Assembly: GCA_038867895.1 (NCBI GenBank) | Contig: JAWBXL010000005.1 | Span: forward strand, 7,340-71,339 | DNA length: 64,000 bases | Reading direction: 5' to 3' | Source of the DNA: Candidatus Bathyarchaeia archaeon | GTDB taxonomy: Archaea; Thermoproteota; Bathyarchaeia; Bathyarchaeales; DTEX01 | The notes under the pieces: model-generated | The model's input: only the letters and a program-made list of their open reading frames with translations | The model's database searches: none | Told to the model about the DNA's origin: nothing | Program-made: the position numbers and the translations under genes | Shown here: positions 17,219 through 27,335 of the stretch, piece by piece | How the letters are laid out: every line of letters begins with the position of its first letter | How positions within the stretch are numbered: position 1 is the stretch's first letter

Positions 17219-19801
17219 CTACTCACCATATTGCCCTTTTTTCTTTAATAATTTTTCTAATTCAGATCGGTCAACTTTTCTTATATCTGCTAAGAAGCCC
17301 GTTACAACCATCTCAGGGATCCTTACAGGCTCTCCAGCCTTATACTTCTCATATGGTGATGGACAAATAAGGTTTATTGCTCCTCCTCTATCAACCTTGT
17401 CTTCTAAGGATATTATGTCTAGATGTGAGCCATGCTGTATTAGTAGAGCCCCTGGGATTATTCTCTCAGTTACATAGGCTCCGAAGAGAACTGCCCCTCT
17501 ATCGTTATAGACCATAGTTATATCACCATGCTTAATACCCTTTTTAGCAGCATCTACTGGATGGATCCATACTGGCTCATAGAAATATCCATCCGGTCCC
17601 ATTATCTTACATGAGGGCAGCATCCATAACCATGGGATGTCATCGCCTATAGTATGATGTCTCCATCGTGGATGCGCAGAAACAACTATAAATGGGTATC
17701 TTTTCGATCTTAGGCTGCCACTAGATTCTTCATGTTCAACCCACTTAGCTAGCGGAGGTCTTTCTTTATCACCAGGAGCATATTTTTGAATCCTTTGAGA
17801 GACAAACTCTATTTTTCCTGTGGGAGTTGTTAAACCGCTTCCCTTCTTGTAGAACCAAGCCATGCCACCCTCATGTTCCTCAAAGCCCATGATTTCCTTC
17901 TTTATTTTAATCCATTCTTCCCAAGTTGGAGCGCTATAAATATAAAGTTTCTTCTTCTTAAAGTCTTCCCAAGAAATCTCTCTTGAAATCATTGTTTCTT
18001 CATATGCTTTCTTCATCAATTCCTCTGGAGGCGGGAAAGCGTCGGCAACACCAAGTCTTTCGGCCAACATCCTGTATATTTCATAGTCACTTTTTGATTC
18101 TCCAAGAGGCGCTACAGCTTTATCTTGATAAGCAATGCCATACATATCACTATGATGGATATTTATGAGATCCTCATGCTCAAATATTGTTTGCGCTGGC
18201 AATATTATATCCGCGAAAAGAGCATCATTCTCTAACCAAGGAGTTACCGATACAATAAGCTCGATCTTTGGACTTCTAAAGGCTTCAATCATCCTATACC
18301 CGTGATTCCAGCATTGAGTAAGACAGGAGTTTTCATTCCATATCATCTTAATGCCAGGATGGTTGTCGCGTGGGGGATATCTAAATAGCTTGAATTGATC
18401 GTCTCCAGAACAGACTATTGTATTTTTTCCATACCAATATACTGGTGGATTAAGTATCGCTTCAGCCACTAATGTTTTTATTATAGGTAATGCTTTATCC
18501 AGCGGTGGAGATGAAACATATCCAAGACATACCGGTAAAGATGGTATTCCCTTACCAAACTGTGCGCTTTCTGGATATTGGGGAACTGGCGGTAATTTTT
18601 CGAAGGCAAGCCCGGGCAGGAATCTAACAACCCTTAAAAATTGTCTTCCTGGTTTCCCAAGACCCTGCATGGCTAGCAAGTATGCCTCAATTCTCGCTGT
18701 CATATGCGCCAAGAAGCCTCTTTGCTTTGGACCACCATAGTGAACTGCTAAAGATGTTCTCTTTTTCGCCCATGTCCTAGCCAAAGCCCTAATGACCCAC
18801 GAAGAAACACCAGTTATATTCTCAGCCCATTCAGGAGTCTTCGGTATACCATCTTCTTCTCCTAAAACATACCTCTTAAACTCCTCAAAACCTACGCAAT
18901 GAGTCTCTATATATTCTTTATCATATGTATCCTCCGTAATCCAGACGTAAGCTATAGCTAAATAAAGCGCCGCATCAGTATTAGGTTTAATTGGAACCCA
19001 CTTATCAGCATGGATTGCTTCAGCATAGTTTAAATCTGGGGATATACCTATTATTTTTATTCCAGCTTTCTTTAAAAAGTCGCAGAAAAACGTGCCTATC
19101 TGGCCCGCGAAACCTGGAACTGTCGTTTCAGGATCACAACCACTAAATATTACCATTTCGCAATTTTCTAAAATATCGTCCCATATAGCATCTTGGCTTG
19201 GCTCCCCCACCGAAGAGTCAAAACCCCAAACATGCTTCGCCCCATAATAATACCCTTCCCAGCTATCCGGATTTCTTACAACAATTGTCCAACCACTTCC
19301 TAAAGCATTAAAGAGATGATGAGCCCACGAATGTGTTGTTTGAATATATCCTGATTGACCATGCCCATCAGCCATAACTAATATTGGTTCCGTAGATCCA
19401 TATGTTTGCCTAATCCTGTCTATCTCCTTTACAATTATATCTAGCGCTTCATCCCAAGAAATCCTAACATAACCACTTTTACCTCTATTCTGTGGATTTC
19501 TGTTTTCTGGATTCCAGTCTATCCTCTTAAGCGGATAAAGTACTCTGGTTCGTGAGTTTAATCGCTTTCTATGAGCGAAAGAAGGAGTCCATGGAACACA
19601 CTTTCTATTGGGCCTAGTAAAGACGCCCCTGCTGGTTCTTATCTCATAAACATTGACGTTTTCAGGTATTATAGAGGGGAGGCACCTGACTATCTTATTA
19701 TTCCTAACGTGCACCTCGATAGGTAATGCTGAACCAGCAACACCACAAAATCCGGAAGAAACATATACAATTTTTTCCGAGCTGTCAATAGGATTTTCCA
19801 A
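17219..19801 (-). CDS. Mo-bisPGD enzyme, pyrogallol-phloroglucinol transhydroxylase alpha subunit (AthL)-like
   Basis: NPDSWEG Ser-ligand motif, RNPQNRG, RISWDEA, MQGLGKPG, HPRW, VWIHPVDA, DRGAV; no N-terminal Fe-S motif; 2 bp from the BthL-like gene. Confidence 0.87.
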   Translation of the reverse strand: MENPIDSSEKIVYVSSGFCGVAGSALPIEVHVRNNKIVRCLPSIIPENVNVYEIRTSRGVFTRPNRKCVPWTPSFAHRKRLNSRTRVLYPLKRIDWNPENRNPQNRGKSGYVRISWDEALDIIVKEIDRIRQTYGSTEPILVMADGHGQSGYIQTTHSWAHHLFNALGSGWTIVVRNPDSWEGYYYGAKHVWGFDSSVGEPSQDAIWDDILENCEMVIFSGCDPETTVPGFAGQIGTFFCDFLKKAGIKIIGISPDLNYAEAIHADKWVPIKPNTDAALYLAIAYVWITEDTYDKEYIETHCVGFEEFKRYVLGEEDGIPKTPEWAENITGVSSWVIRALARTWAKKRTSLAVHYGGPKQRGFLAHMTARIEAYLLAMQGLGKPGRQFLRVVRFLPGLAFEKLPPVPQYPESAQFGKGIPSLPVCLGYVSSPPLDKALPIIKTLVAEAILNPPVYWYGKNTIVCSGDDQFKLFRYPPRDNHPGIKMIWNENSCLTQCWNHGYRMIEAFRSPKIELIVSVTPWLENDALFADIILPAQTIFEHEDLINIHHSDMYGIAYQDKAVAPLGESKSDYEIYRMLAERLGVADAFPPPEELMKKAYEETMISREISWEDFKKKKLYIYSAPTWEEWIKIKKEIMGFEEHEGGMAWFYKKGSGLTTPTGKIEFVSQRIQKYAPGDKERPPLAKWVEHEESSGSLRSKRYPFIVVSAHPRWRHHTIGDDIPWLWMLPSCKIMGPDGYFYEPVWIHPVDAAKKGIKHGDITMVYNDRGAVLFGAYVTERIIPGALLIQHGSHLDIISLEDKVDRGGAINLICPSPYEKYKAGEPVRIPEMVVTGFLADIRKVDRSELEKLLKKKGQYGE

Positions 19802-20032
19802 CGCTTTCGCCCCGAAACTTGAGTTTTCTCTTCAACGCCGATAAAAGCTTTTCGATTACTAATTCTGGTATCTTTTAAAGCAGATGCATGAAATAGAATT
19901 TATAGAAAACCAGCTATCCTAAATCTAAAGATTAATGTTTCTTAATCAAAAAATTAAATGCCAAACGTGCTAAAATAAAAGTGTTCTTAAATGAGTAAAA
20001 AAGACTACCTAAAAATTAAGGAAAACAAAAAA

Positions 20033-21139
20033 TTAAAAATCTATTAGATTTTTTGGATTTTCGAGAAAATACCTTATCTCTTGAAGGAAACGAACAGCAG
20101 GGACACCCTCTATAATTCGGTGGTCATATGTTAAAGCTAAGTAGACCATGGACCTAATTTTTATTTGATCATCTACAACAACTGGTCTCTTTTTTACGGC
20201 TCCAACACCAAGAATCGCGGCTTGAGGATAGTTAATTATTGGAGTATTGAAAAGAGCCCCAAACATGCCGACGTTTGTTATAGTGAAAGTGCCGTCAGCA
20301 ACATCATCAAAAGACAATTTTCCCTCTCTGGCTTTTTTAGCCAGAAGATCGATCGCTTCAGAGATTTGTTTCAAGCTCATCTTATCCGCTGCCTTTATAA
20401 CGGGAACAACTAGCCCCCTTTCTCCCGCATAGACAGCGACCCCTATATTATAATATTTTTTGACTATAATTTTGTCGTCTTCAAGGGAGGAATTGATGAT
20501 TGGATATTTCTTCAGGGCTTGAACAACGGCCTTTACAACAAATGCGGTAAAGTTTACGTCATGACCCTCTTTTTTCAGCTGTTCACGCAAACTTAACAGT
20601 TCCGTTACATCAGCTTCCGCAAATGTGGTGACATGAGCAACTGTGCGCATGCTCAATGACATAGCCTCAGCCATAGTTTTTCTCCAGCCCTCTAACGGAA
20701 TAATCTCCACATTCTCTGCCTTTTCAACTGGAGCTCCAATCTCCTCTTCTCTCGGGATAAAGGGAAGCAGATCTTTCTCAGTTATTATCCCGTCGGGTCC
20801 TGTGCCTCTTATCTTAGATAAATCTATCCCATATTTCTTCGCCAATCTTTTCGCTAAAGGCGAAGCTGCCACCTTCACTTTCTCTACAGCTAAAGTTTCT
20901 CGGGATATCTCCTCTTCTACTAAGGCTATAACTTCCCCAACTGGAACAATAGATCCTTCCTCCTTTAGAATCCTTAATGTCCCTGAGACTGGAGACGTTA
21001 TTTCCGCCGTCGCCTTCGCCGTCTCTATTTCGGCAATAGTCTCTCCTCTTTCAACTTTTTCGCCATCTCTTTTTCTCCACCTTACAATAGTTGCTTCCCG
21101 CATAGTTGGATCCAACTTAGGAAGAACAACCTCCGCCAA
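20033..21139 (-). CDS. 2-oxoacid/acetoin dehydrogenase E2 dihydrolipoamide acyltransferase
   Basis: Lipoyl domain ETAKA, E3-binding ASPLAKRLA...GTGPDG, catalytic TYDHRIIEG. The ORF-track start lies near 21139. Confidence 0.93.
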   Translation of the reverse strand: MAEVVLPKLDPTMREATIVRWRKRDGEKVERGETIAEIETAKATAEITSPVSGTLRILKEEGSIVPVGEVIALVEEEISRETLAVEKVKVAASPLAKRLAKKYGIDLSKIRGTGPDGIITEKDLLPFIPREEEIGAPVEKAENVEIIPLEGWRKTMAEAMSLSMRTVAHVTTFAEADVTELLSLREQLKKEGHDVNFTAFVVKAVVQALKKYPIINSSLEDDKIIVKKYYNIGVAVYAGERGLVVPVIKAADKMSLKQISEAIDLLAKKAREGKLSFDDVADGTFTITNVGMFGALFNTPIINYPQAAILGVGAVKKRPVVVDDQIKIRSMVYLALTYDHRIIEGVPAVRFLQEIRYFLENPKNLIDF

Positions 21140-21149
21140 TGCTAATCCC

Positions 21150-23168
21150 TCACTTAGATATTCTTAGAACTGCTTCCATGATTTTATTCTCATCAGGAAT
21201 ATAAAATTTCTCTAAGGGAGGGCTAAATGGTACTGGAGTGAAAGGTGCACCTACTCTTACTATCGGAGCATCTAAGTAGCCCAGCGCTTTTTCCGCGATC
21301 AAGGCAGCAACCTCAGCTCCAAAGCCGCCTGTTACTGGCGCTTCATGCACGATAACAATTTTTCCAGTCTTCTTAACAGAGGATAGTATAGTATCTTCAT
21401 CTAATGGTAATAATGTTCTTGGATCAATAACCTCAACACTTATATTTCTCTTCTCTAAAATTTCAGCGGCCGCAAGCGCTTTATGAACCATTAATCCAGT
21501 AGCTATAATTGTGACGTCATCACCTTCTCTCTTAATATCAGCCTTTCCTAACGGAACCATATATTCACCTGTAGGTATTCTCCCTCTTAATCCATACATC
21601 ATTTTATGCTCAAAGAAGATAACGGGGTCATCATCTCTTATCGATGCTTTCAGTAGCCCCTTAGCATCATAAGGTGTGGAGGGCATGACTATTTTTAATC
21701 CAGGCACATTCAAGAACCATGCTTCAGGCGACTGACTATGATGTAAACCCATAGACGCGCCGGCGCCAAAAGGTGCTCTTATAACTATCGGAACCGAAGC
21801 CTTCCCGCCATAATTATACCTCATTTTCGCAGCAACATTAACTATCTGATCCATCGCTATAGTCAAGAAATCTGCAAACATTATCTCGGCAACAGGTCTC
21901 ATGCCGAGAAGGGCAGCTCCAACAGCCGCGCCAACAATTACTGATTCAGATATTGGTGTACCAATTACCCTATCTGGAAACTCATCGCATAATCCCTTTG
22001 TTGGCGGCCAGAGACCTCCGCGTGATGGCCCTATAGTGTCAGGGCCCAAATCTTCCCCTAAAAGAATTACGGATGGATCTCTTCTCATTTCTTCTTTAAG
22101 AGCTTCATTTAGCGCTTCGCCAAAACTTACTTCTTTAACAGCCCCCTTATAATGCTTTATATCTATATATTCCGCCTCCCTTAACAAATATTCTCCATAT
22201 ACATCCCTCAGCGCCTCCTCAGGTTCAGGGAATGAGCTCTCTTCCGCAAATCTAATAGCCTCATTTATCTCCAACTCAACTTGTTTCCTCAATTCATTTT
22301 CCATCTCCGGCGTCAATATCCCTTTCTCCAAGAGAAAGTTCCTATATCGGATCAATGGATCTTTTTTCATCCATGCTTCAATCTCTTCTTTTGGTCTTCT
22401 CTCCGGATATCCGGTTTCCGCGTGATCCCGTATTCTATATGTTTTACATTCAATCAGGGATGGCCCATAGCCGACACGCGCTTTTTCAACGGCTTTCTGG
22501 ACAGTCTCATGAACGGTAAGTACATCATTGCCATCAATGGTAAATCCATCAATTCCATAAGCTATAGCTCTATCCGCAAGGTTTTCAATAGGGCAATGAC
22601 TGCGATAAGGAGTCCACATAGCATACTGGTTATTTTCAATTATATATATTACTGGCAACTTTTTAACAGCCGCAAAGTTTAAAGCTTCATGGAAATCGCC
22701 TCGCTGCGTCGCTCCATCCCCCAAAAAACATAGAACCACGGAACTTCTCTTCTTTAGCTTACAATAAAGTGCGGCGCCCGTGGATAAACATAAATGCCCT
22801 CCAACTATACCAGTAGTCCCTATAATGCCACGCTCATTATCCCCCATATGATGAGTTGTCACTTTTCCTCTAGCAGGTCCCGTACTTTTTCCAAAGATTC
22901 CTGCCATTAATATTTTAGCTGGTACACGCATGAGTAATGCCGGCCTAGCTCTAAGCGACGGAACAATATAGTCATCGGATCTCAGTTTAAAGCATGCCCC
23001 AACATATATGGCTTCTTGACCAATATGCGAATGAGGTAGCTCCAGTATTCCCCCATGATTGGGCATTCCATAATATCTCTCAATCAGCTTTTCATCGAAA
23101 TTTCTTGCAAGCAACATATACTTGTAAATTTCTATTAGATCAGATTCAGTTAAACTCATTTTCATCAC
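21150..23168 (-). CDS. Fused E1 alpha/beta subunit of a TPP-dependent 2-oxoacid/acetoin dehydrogenase
   Basis: GQEA, GDGA...HEALN...ENN TPP motif, TYR..H; beta half with GED, TPISE, EIMFADF, HSQS. Confidence 0.93.
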   Translation of the reverse strand: MMKMSLTESDLIEIYKYMLLARNFDEKLIERYYGMPNHGGILELPHSHIGQEAIYVGACFKLRSDDYIVPSLRARPALLMRVPAKILMAGIFGKSTGPARGKVTTHHMGDNERGIIGTTGIVGGHLCLSTGAALYCKLKKRSSVVLCFLGDGATQRGDFHEALNFAAVKKLPVIYIIENNQYAMWTPYRSHCPIENLADRAIAYGIDGFTIDGNDVLTVHETVQKAVEKARVGYGPSLIECKTYRIRDHAETGYPERRPKEEIEAWMKKDPLIRYRNFLLEKGILTPEMENELRKQVELEINEAIRFAEESSFPEPEEALRDVYGEYLLREAEYIDIKHYKGAVKEVSFGEALNEALKEEMRRDPSVILLGEDLGPDTIGPSRGGLWPPTKGLCDEFPDRVIGTPISESVIVGAAVGAALLGMRPVAEIMFADFLTIAMDQIVNVAAKMRYNYGGKASVPIVIRAPFGAGASMGLHHSQSPEAWFLNVPGLKIVMPSTPYDAKGLLKASIRDDDPVIFFEHKMMYGLRGRIPTGEYMVPLGKADIKREGDDVTIIATGLMVHKALAAAEILEKRNISVEVIDPRTLLPLDEDTILSSVKKTGKIVIVHEAPVTGGFGAEVAALIAEKALGYLDAPIVRVGAPFTPVPFSPPLEKFYIPDENKIMEAVLRISK

Positions 23169-23497
23169 CCCTGATCTCTATCGCGTTCATTAAGATTAAT
23201 GGATGAATGCTTATAAGATTTTTATTATTATTCTGCTTTCCCAGAACTGTTAGTTTTGAGGGACAATGTTACTTAAAAGTTTTCTTTACTAACAAAGGGA
23301 GATTAAATTAGGAAGTGTAATTGTACTCTAAGCGTGATCCAAATATGCCCTGTAAGTAAAATGCTAAATAATCTTAGCATTGCATTTCCAAAAAAAGAAA
23401 AGTTAGCAAATCGTTGCATTAATTTAATTAGGAAGTAGATAGCCAAAGTATTTTTGGATTAAAGAAAACTTTAACCATTTTTAGGGGGTGCCGTCCC

Positions 23498-24643
23498 ATG
23501 AAAATTCTGGAATATGAGGCGAAGCTGATACTTTCAAAATATGGGATCCCGGTGCCTAAAGGTATCCTAGCCACAAACGTGGTAGAAGCCCGAGAGGTAG
23601 CTCAGAAACTAAGACCTCCATTTGCCGTTAAAGCGCAGGTTCCAGTATCTGGAAGAGGAAAGGCTGGCGGAATTCTTTTCGCAGAATCTATTAAGGATAT
23701 AGAGAAAGCTGCTGAGGAACTATTTAACAGGAAGATAAAAGGAGCCCCTGTTCGAAAGATACTTGTCGAAGAAAGAATTGATATTCTCAAAGAACTCTAT
23801 CTTGGAATGAGCATTGAGAGACTTGAGAAAACCTATGTAATAGTTGGGTCAACTAAAGGTGGAATAGACGTAGAGGAAATCGCCAAAGAATCCCCTCACA
23901 AAGTTTTTAGATTTTCAATAGATCCATTTTATGGTTTTCAGTTTTATCACGCTAAACAATTCGTGAAAAGAATGGGATATTCTGGAAACCGTCTTCTATT
24001 GCTTGCAAATATCCTTTACAGTTTATATAGGGCTGGAATCGATCTTGACGCTGAACTAATTGAGATAAATCCTTTAGCGGAAACCCGAGAAGGAGACTTT
24101 ATAGCGGTCGATGCCAGAATAATAATCGATGATAACGCCTTATTCCGTCACCCGGAATATAGGAATAAAATATTTGAAGAAGATCTTTCGCCCCAAGAAA
24201 TTGAAGCAATTAAAAATGGTTTAGCCTATGTTAAGTTAGATGGAGATATAGGTGTAATAGGCAATGGTGCTGGTCTTACCATGGCAACTCTCGATCTCAT
24301 ACAGTTCTATGGCGGAAAACCAGCAAACTTCCTTGATGTTGGTGGGGGGGCTCCTGCCGAAAAAATAGCTACCGCCATACGGATAGTGCTTTCTGACTCA
24401 GATGTAAAAGCGCTTCTAGTGAACATTCTTGGCGGAATAACTCGTTGCGATGAAGTAGCTAGGGGAATCATTCAGGCTATAAGAGGATTAAATGAAAAGA
24501 AGCCAATCGTTGTTCGATTGCTAGGAACTAATGAGGAAGAAGGAAGACAAATATTAACAGAAGCTGGCATTCACGTATTAGATAACATGGAGGTGGCGGC
24601 GCAAAAAGTGGTGGAAGTAGCGAGGGAAGGAAAATGGGGATAA
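23498..24643 (+). CDS. sucC: Succinyl-CoA synthetase beta subunit (or related ADP-forming acyl-CoA ligase)
   Basis: EYEAK, VKAQV..GRGKAGG, EINPL, GNGAGL, ANFLDVGGG, GGITRCD. Confidence 0.93.
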   Translation: MKILEYEAKLILSKYGIPVPKGILATNVVEAREVAQKLRPPFAVKAQVPVSGRGKAGGILFAESIKDIEKAAEELFNRKIKGAPVRKILVEERIDILKELYLGMSIERLEKTYVIVGSTKGGIDVEEIAKESPHKVFRFSIDPFYGFQFYHAKQFVKRMGYSGNRLLLLANILYSLYRAGIDLDAELIEINPLAETREGDFIAVDARIIIDDNALFRHPEYRNKIFEEDLSPQEIEAIKNGLAYVKLDGDIGVIGNGAGLTMATLDLIQFYGGKPANFLDVGGGAPAEKIATAIRIVLSDSDVKALLVNILGGITRCDEVARGIIQAIRGLNEKKPIVVRLLGTNEEEGRQILTEAGIHVLDNMEVAAQKVVEVAREGKWG

Positions 24644-25506
24644 TAGTTGACAAGAATACGAGAGTAATAGTTCAAGGCATAACTGGTAAAGAAGGAAGCT
24701 TCCACACAAAATTAATGCTTGAGTATGGAACGAAAATAGTTGCTGGCGTAACTCCTGGAAAAGGAGGATCAAAAATTCATGACGTTCCAATCTATGACAC
24801 AGTTGAAGAAGCCATCGAAAAGCATCCAGCAGATGCTTCTATAATCTTTGTTCCAGCACCCTTCGCGGCGGATGCTGCTCTAGAAGCCTTGGAGTCTGGA
24901 ATAAAGATTCTAGTTATAATAACAGAGCATATGCCCATTAGAGATACTATTAGCGTTATAGCTTATGCCCGTCAAAGAGGTGCCACGGTGATAGGCCCTA
25001 ATACTCCTGGGATAATAACGCCAGGGGAATGTAAAATTGGAATAATGCCAACTCATATATTTAGACCCGGGAGAATAGGCATAGTTTCTAGGAGTGGAAC
25101 GCTTACATACGAGATAACCGCGGAGATAACTAGAATGGGATTAGGAGAATCTACATGTATAGGTATAGGGGGAGATCCAATAGTTGGTTTAAGCTTCATT
25201 GACATCTTAAAGCAATTTAAAGACGATCCGCAGACAGAAGCGGTGGTTCTTGTAGGCGAAATAGGTGGAAATCTTGAGGAAACCGCGGCAGAATACATAT
25301 TAAAAGAGAAATATCCAAAACCTGTTGTCGCTTTTATAGCTGGACGGAAAGCGCCGCCAGAAAAACGTATGGGTCATGCAGGTGCGATAATAATGGGAGA
25401 GACAGGGACCGCCGAAAGTAAAATCAAAGCTTTCAGAGAAGCTGGTGTTGAAGTGGCTGAAAAGCCAAGAGACGTTGCCGCACTACTGAAAAAATTATTT
25501 AAATAA
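24634..25506 (+). CDS. sucD: Succinyl-CoA synthetase alpha subunit
   Basis: [35 protein letters not shown] (phospho-His). Confidence 0.95.
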   Translation: MGIIVDKNTRVIVQGITGKEGSFHTKLMLEYGTKIVAGVTPGKGGSKIHDVPIYDTVEEAIEKHPADASIIFVPAPFAADAALEALESGIKILVIITEHMPIRDTISVIAYARQRGATVIGPNTPGIITPGECKIGIMPTHIFRPGRIGIVSRSGTLTYEITAEITRMGLGESTCIGIGGDPIVGLSFIDILKQFKDDPQTEAVVLVGEIGGNLEETAAEYILKEKYPKPVVAFIAGRKAPPEKRMGHAGAIIMGETGTAESKIKAFREAGVEVAEKPRDVAALLKKLFK

Positions 25507-25579
25507 AATAAGGTTAACAAAGGAATATAGCAAAGCTTATATTATTTATCTTCCCCTACAAAAATTTGAGCGAGTTCAT

Positions 25580-26302
25580 ATGGTCATATTGAAGTGTAAA
25601 GATCTGGTCAAACGCTTCGGTGGAATACGGGCTTTATCAAATCTAACATTTGAAGTTAATGATGACGAGATTTTTGGCATTATTGGTCCAAACGGGTCTG
25701 GAAAAACAACCCTTTTTAATGTTATAACAGGCGTTTATCGACCGGATGCAGGAAGCATCGAATATAAAGGTCGTTCTATTGTGGGGTTGTCTCCTCATGA
25801 GATTTCTAGAATGGGAATTATTAGAGCATATCAGATACCTCGTCCATTCACGAGACTTACCATATTAGAAAATTGTGTTGTGGCAGCACTCTCTACTCAA
25901 AAGATAAGCTATAATGAAGCGGTTAAATATAGTCTAGAAGCATTAGAGCTGCTGAAATTAGGAGATTTAATAAATGTTCCCGCCGGCTCTTTACTTCCCT
26001 TTCAACTTAAAAGACTTGAGATGGCAAGGGCTCTGGCTTGCAGGCCAAAACTTCTTCTTTTAGATGAACCAGCAGCTGGGATGCGAAAAGAAGAGATCAG
26101 CTATTTAGCAGAACTCATTGATAAGATATTCAATGAGGGAACCAAAATAATTTTGGTGGAGCATAGAATGGAGCTTATTACGCGAGTAGCCAAGAGGGTC
26201 ATGGTTATGTATCGTGGCACAAAATTGTTTGAGGGAGAACCAAAAGAAGTGTTAAGCGCTCCAGAAGTCATAGAAGCATATTTGGGAGAGGGTATTAAAT
26301 GA
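25580..26302 (+). CDS. HAAT/Liv-type ABC transporter ATPase (LivG-like)
   Basis: GPNGSGKT, LLLDEPAAG, VEH, EAYLG. Confidence 0.93.
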   Translation: MVILKCKDLVKRFGGIRALSNLTFEVNDDEIFGIIGPNGSGKTTLFNVITGVYRPDAGSIEYKGRSIVGLSPHEISRMGIIRAYQIPRPFTRLTILENCVVAALSTQKISYNEAVKYSLEALELLKLGDLINVPAGSLLPFQLKRLEMARALACRPKLLLLDEPAAGMRKEEISYLAELIDKIFNEGTKIILVEHRMELITRVAKRVMVMYRGTKLFEGEPKEVLSAPEVIEAYLGEGIK

Positions 26303-27024
26303 AAAATTCGAATCCGCTTTTGAAGGTAGATAATATTGATGTTTCTTATGGGCGTATAGATGTTCTTTGGGATATTTCCATGGAAATAAGGGAGGGAACA
26401 GTTGTCGCTTTAGTGGGAATGAATGGGGCGGGAAAATCAACTCTAGTTAAGACTATAACCGGTCTTCTTCGCCCAAAGAAGGGCGCTATCTATTTTGAGG
26501 ATAAAAGAATAGACGGTCTTGATCCCTGGCGCATCGCCGAGCTTGGTATAATTCAGGTGCCTGAGGGACGAAGACTCTTTACTAGAATGACTGTTAAAGA
26601 AAACCTGCTTATGGGCTGTTACCTTAAAGAGAGAAGAAAAAAAGCTGCTCAAAAGCTTAAAGAAATCTACCAGCTATTTCCAATATTAGCCGAAAGGGAG
26701 AAGCAGGAAGCTGGAACTTTAAGCGGAGGAGAACAGCAAATGCTCGCTATAGCAAGAGCCTTAATGGCGGAGCCTAAACTATTAATATTTGATGAGGTAA
26801 CATTAGGCTTAGCACCAAAGGTTAGAGAGGATATATACAGAAAGCTCGATGAGATAAAGCGTTTAGGAGTAACGATTCTCCTTATAGATGAGAATGTTCA
26901 AAGGAGTCTCGAGCTCAGCGATTACGCATATGTTCTAGAATCAGGCCGAATCACTTTACATGGAGAAACAAAAGAGCTGCTTAAAAATAAAGATATGATG
27001 ATAAAATTTTATTTTGGCATTTAA
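26299..27024 (+). CDS. HAAT/Liv-type ABC transporter ATPase (LivF-like)
   Basis: GMNGAGKS, VPEGRRLF, LSGGEQQMLA; overlaps the upstream gene via ATGA. Confidence 0.93.
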   Translation: MKNSNPLLKVDNIDVSYGRIDVLWDISMEIREGTVVALVGMNGAGKSTLVKTITGLLRPKKGAIYFEDKRIDGLDPWRIAELGIIQVPEGRRLFTRMTVKENLLMGCYLKERRKKAAQKLKEIYQLFPILAEREKQEAGTLSGGEQQMLAIARALMAEPKLLIFDEVTLGLAPKVREDIYRKLDEIKRLGVTILLIDENVQRSLELSDYAYVLESGRITLHGETKELLKNKDMMIKFYFGI

Positions 27025-27335
27025 TGAAGGAAATATTATTTACTACTTTTCCTTTTGGCACCTTTCAAAAGACAAAAGATGTTGATGAAATTATGCTCTT
27101 ACTCTGAGGGAGAGGGCTATTCACGATAAGCAATTTTTTATGTCAAATTTAAGCATTTACTCAGCAATAATATCATCAACAAAGAACACGCAAAACTTCC
27201 TCTAAACCTAATACACTTATGGAAAGGACAATTTTAGAGATATTTTTAATTATGAAGAGATCTACTATGGGTCAATAAGGATTTTAGAGGAAAAGAGAGA
27301 AAATGAAAAATATAGAGACTGAACTTAATAAAATC

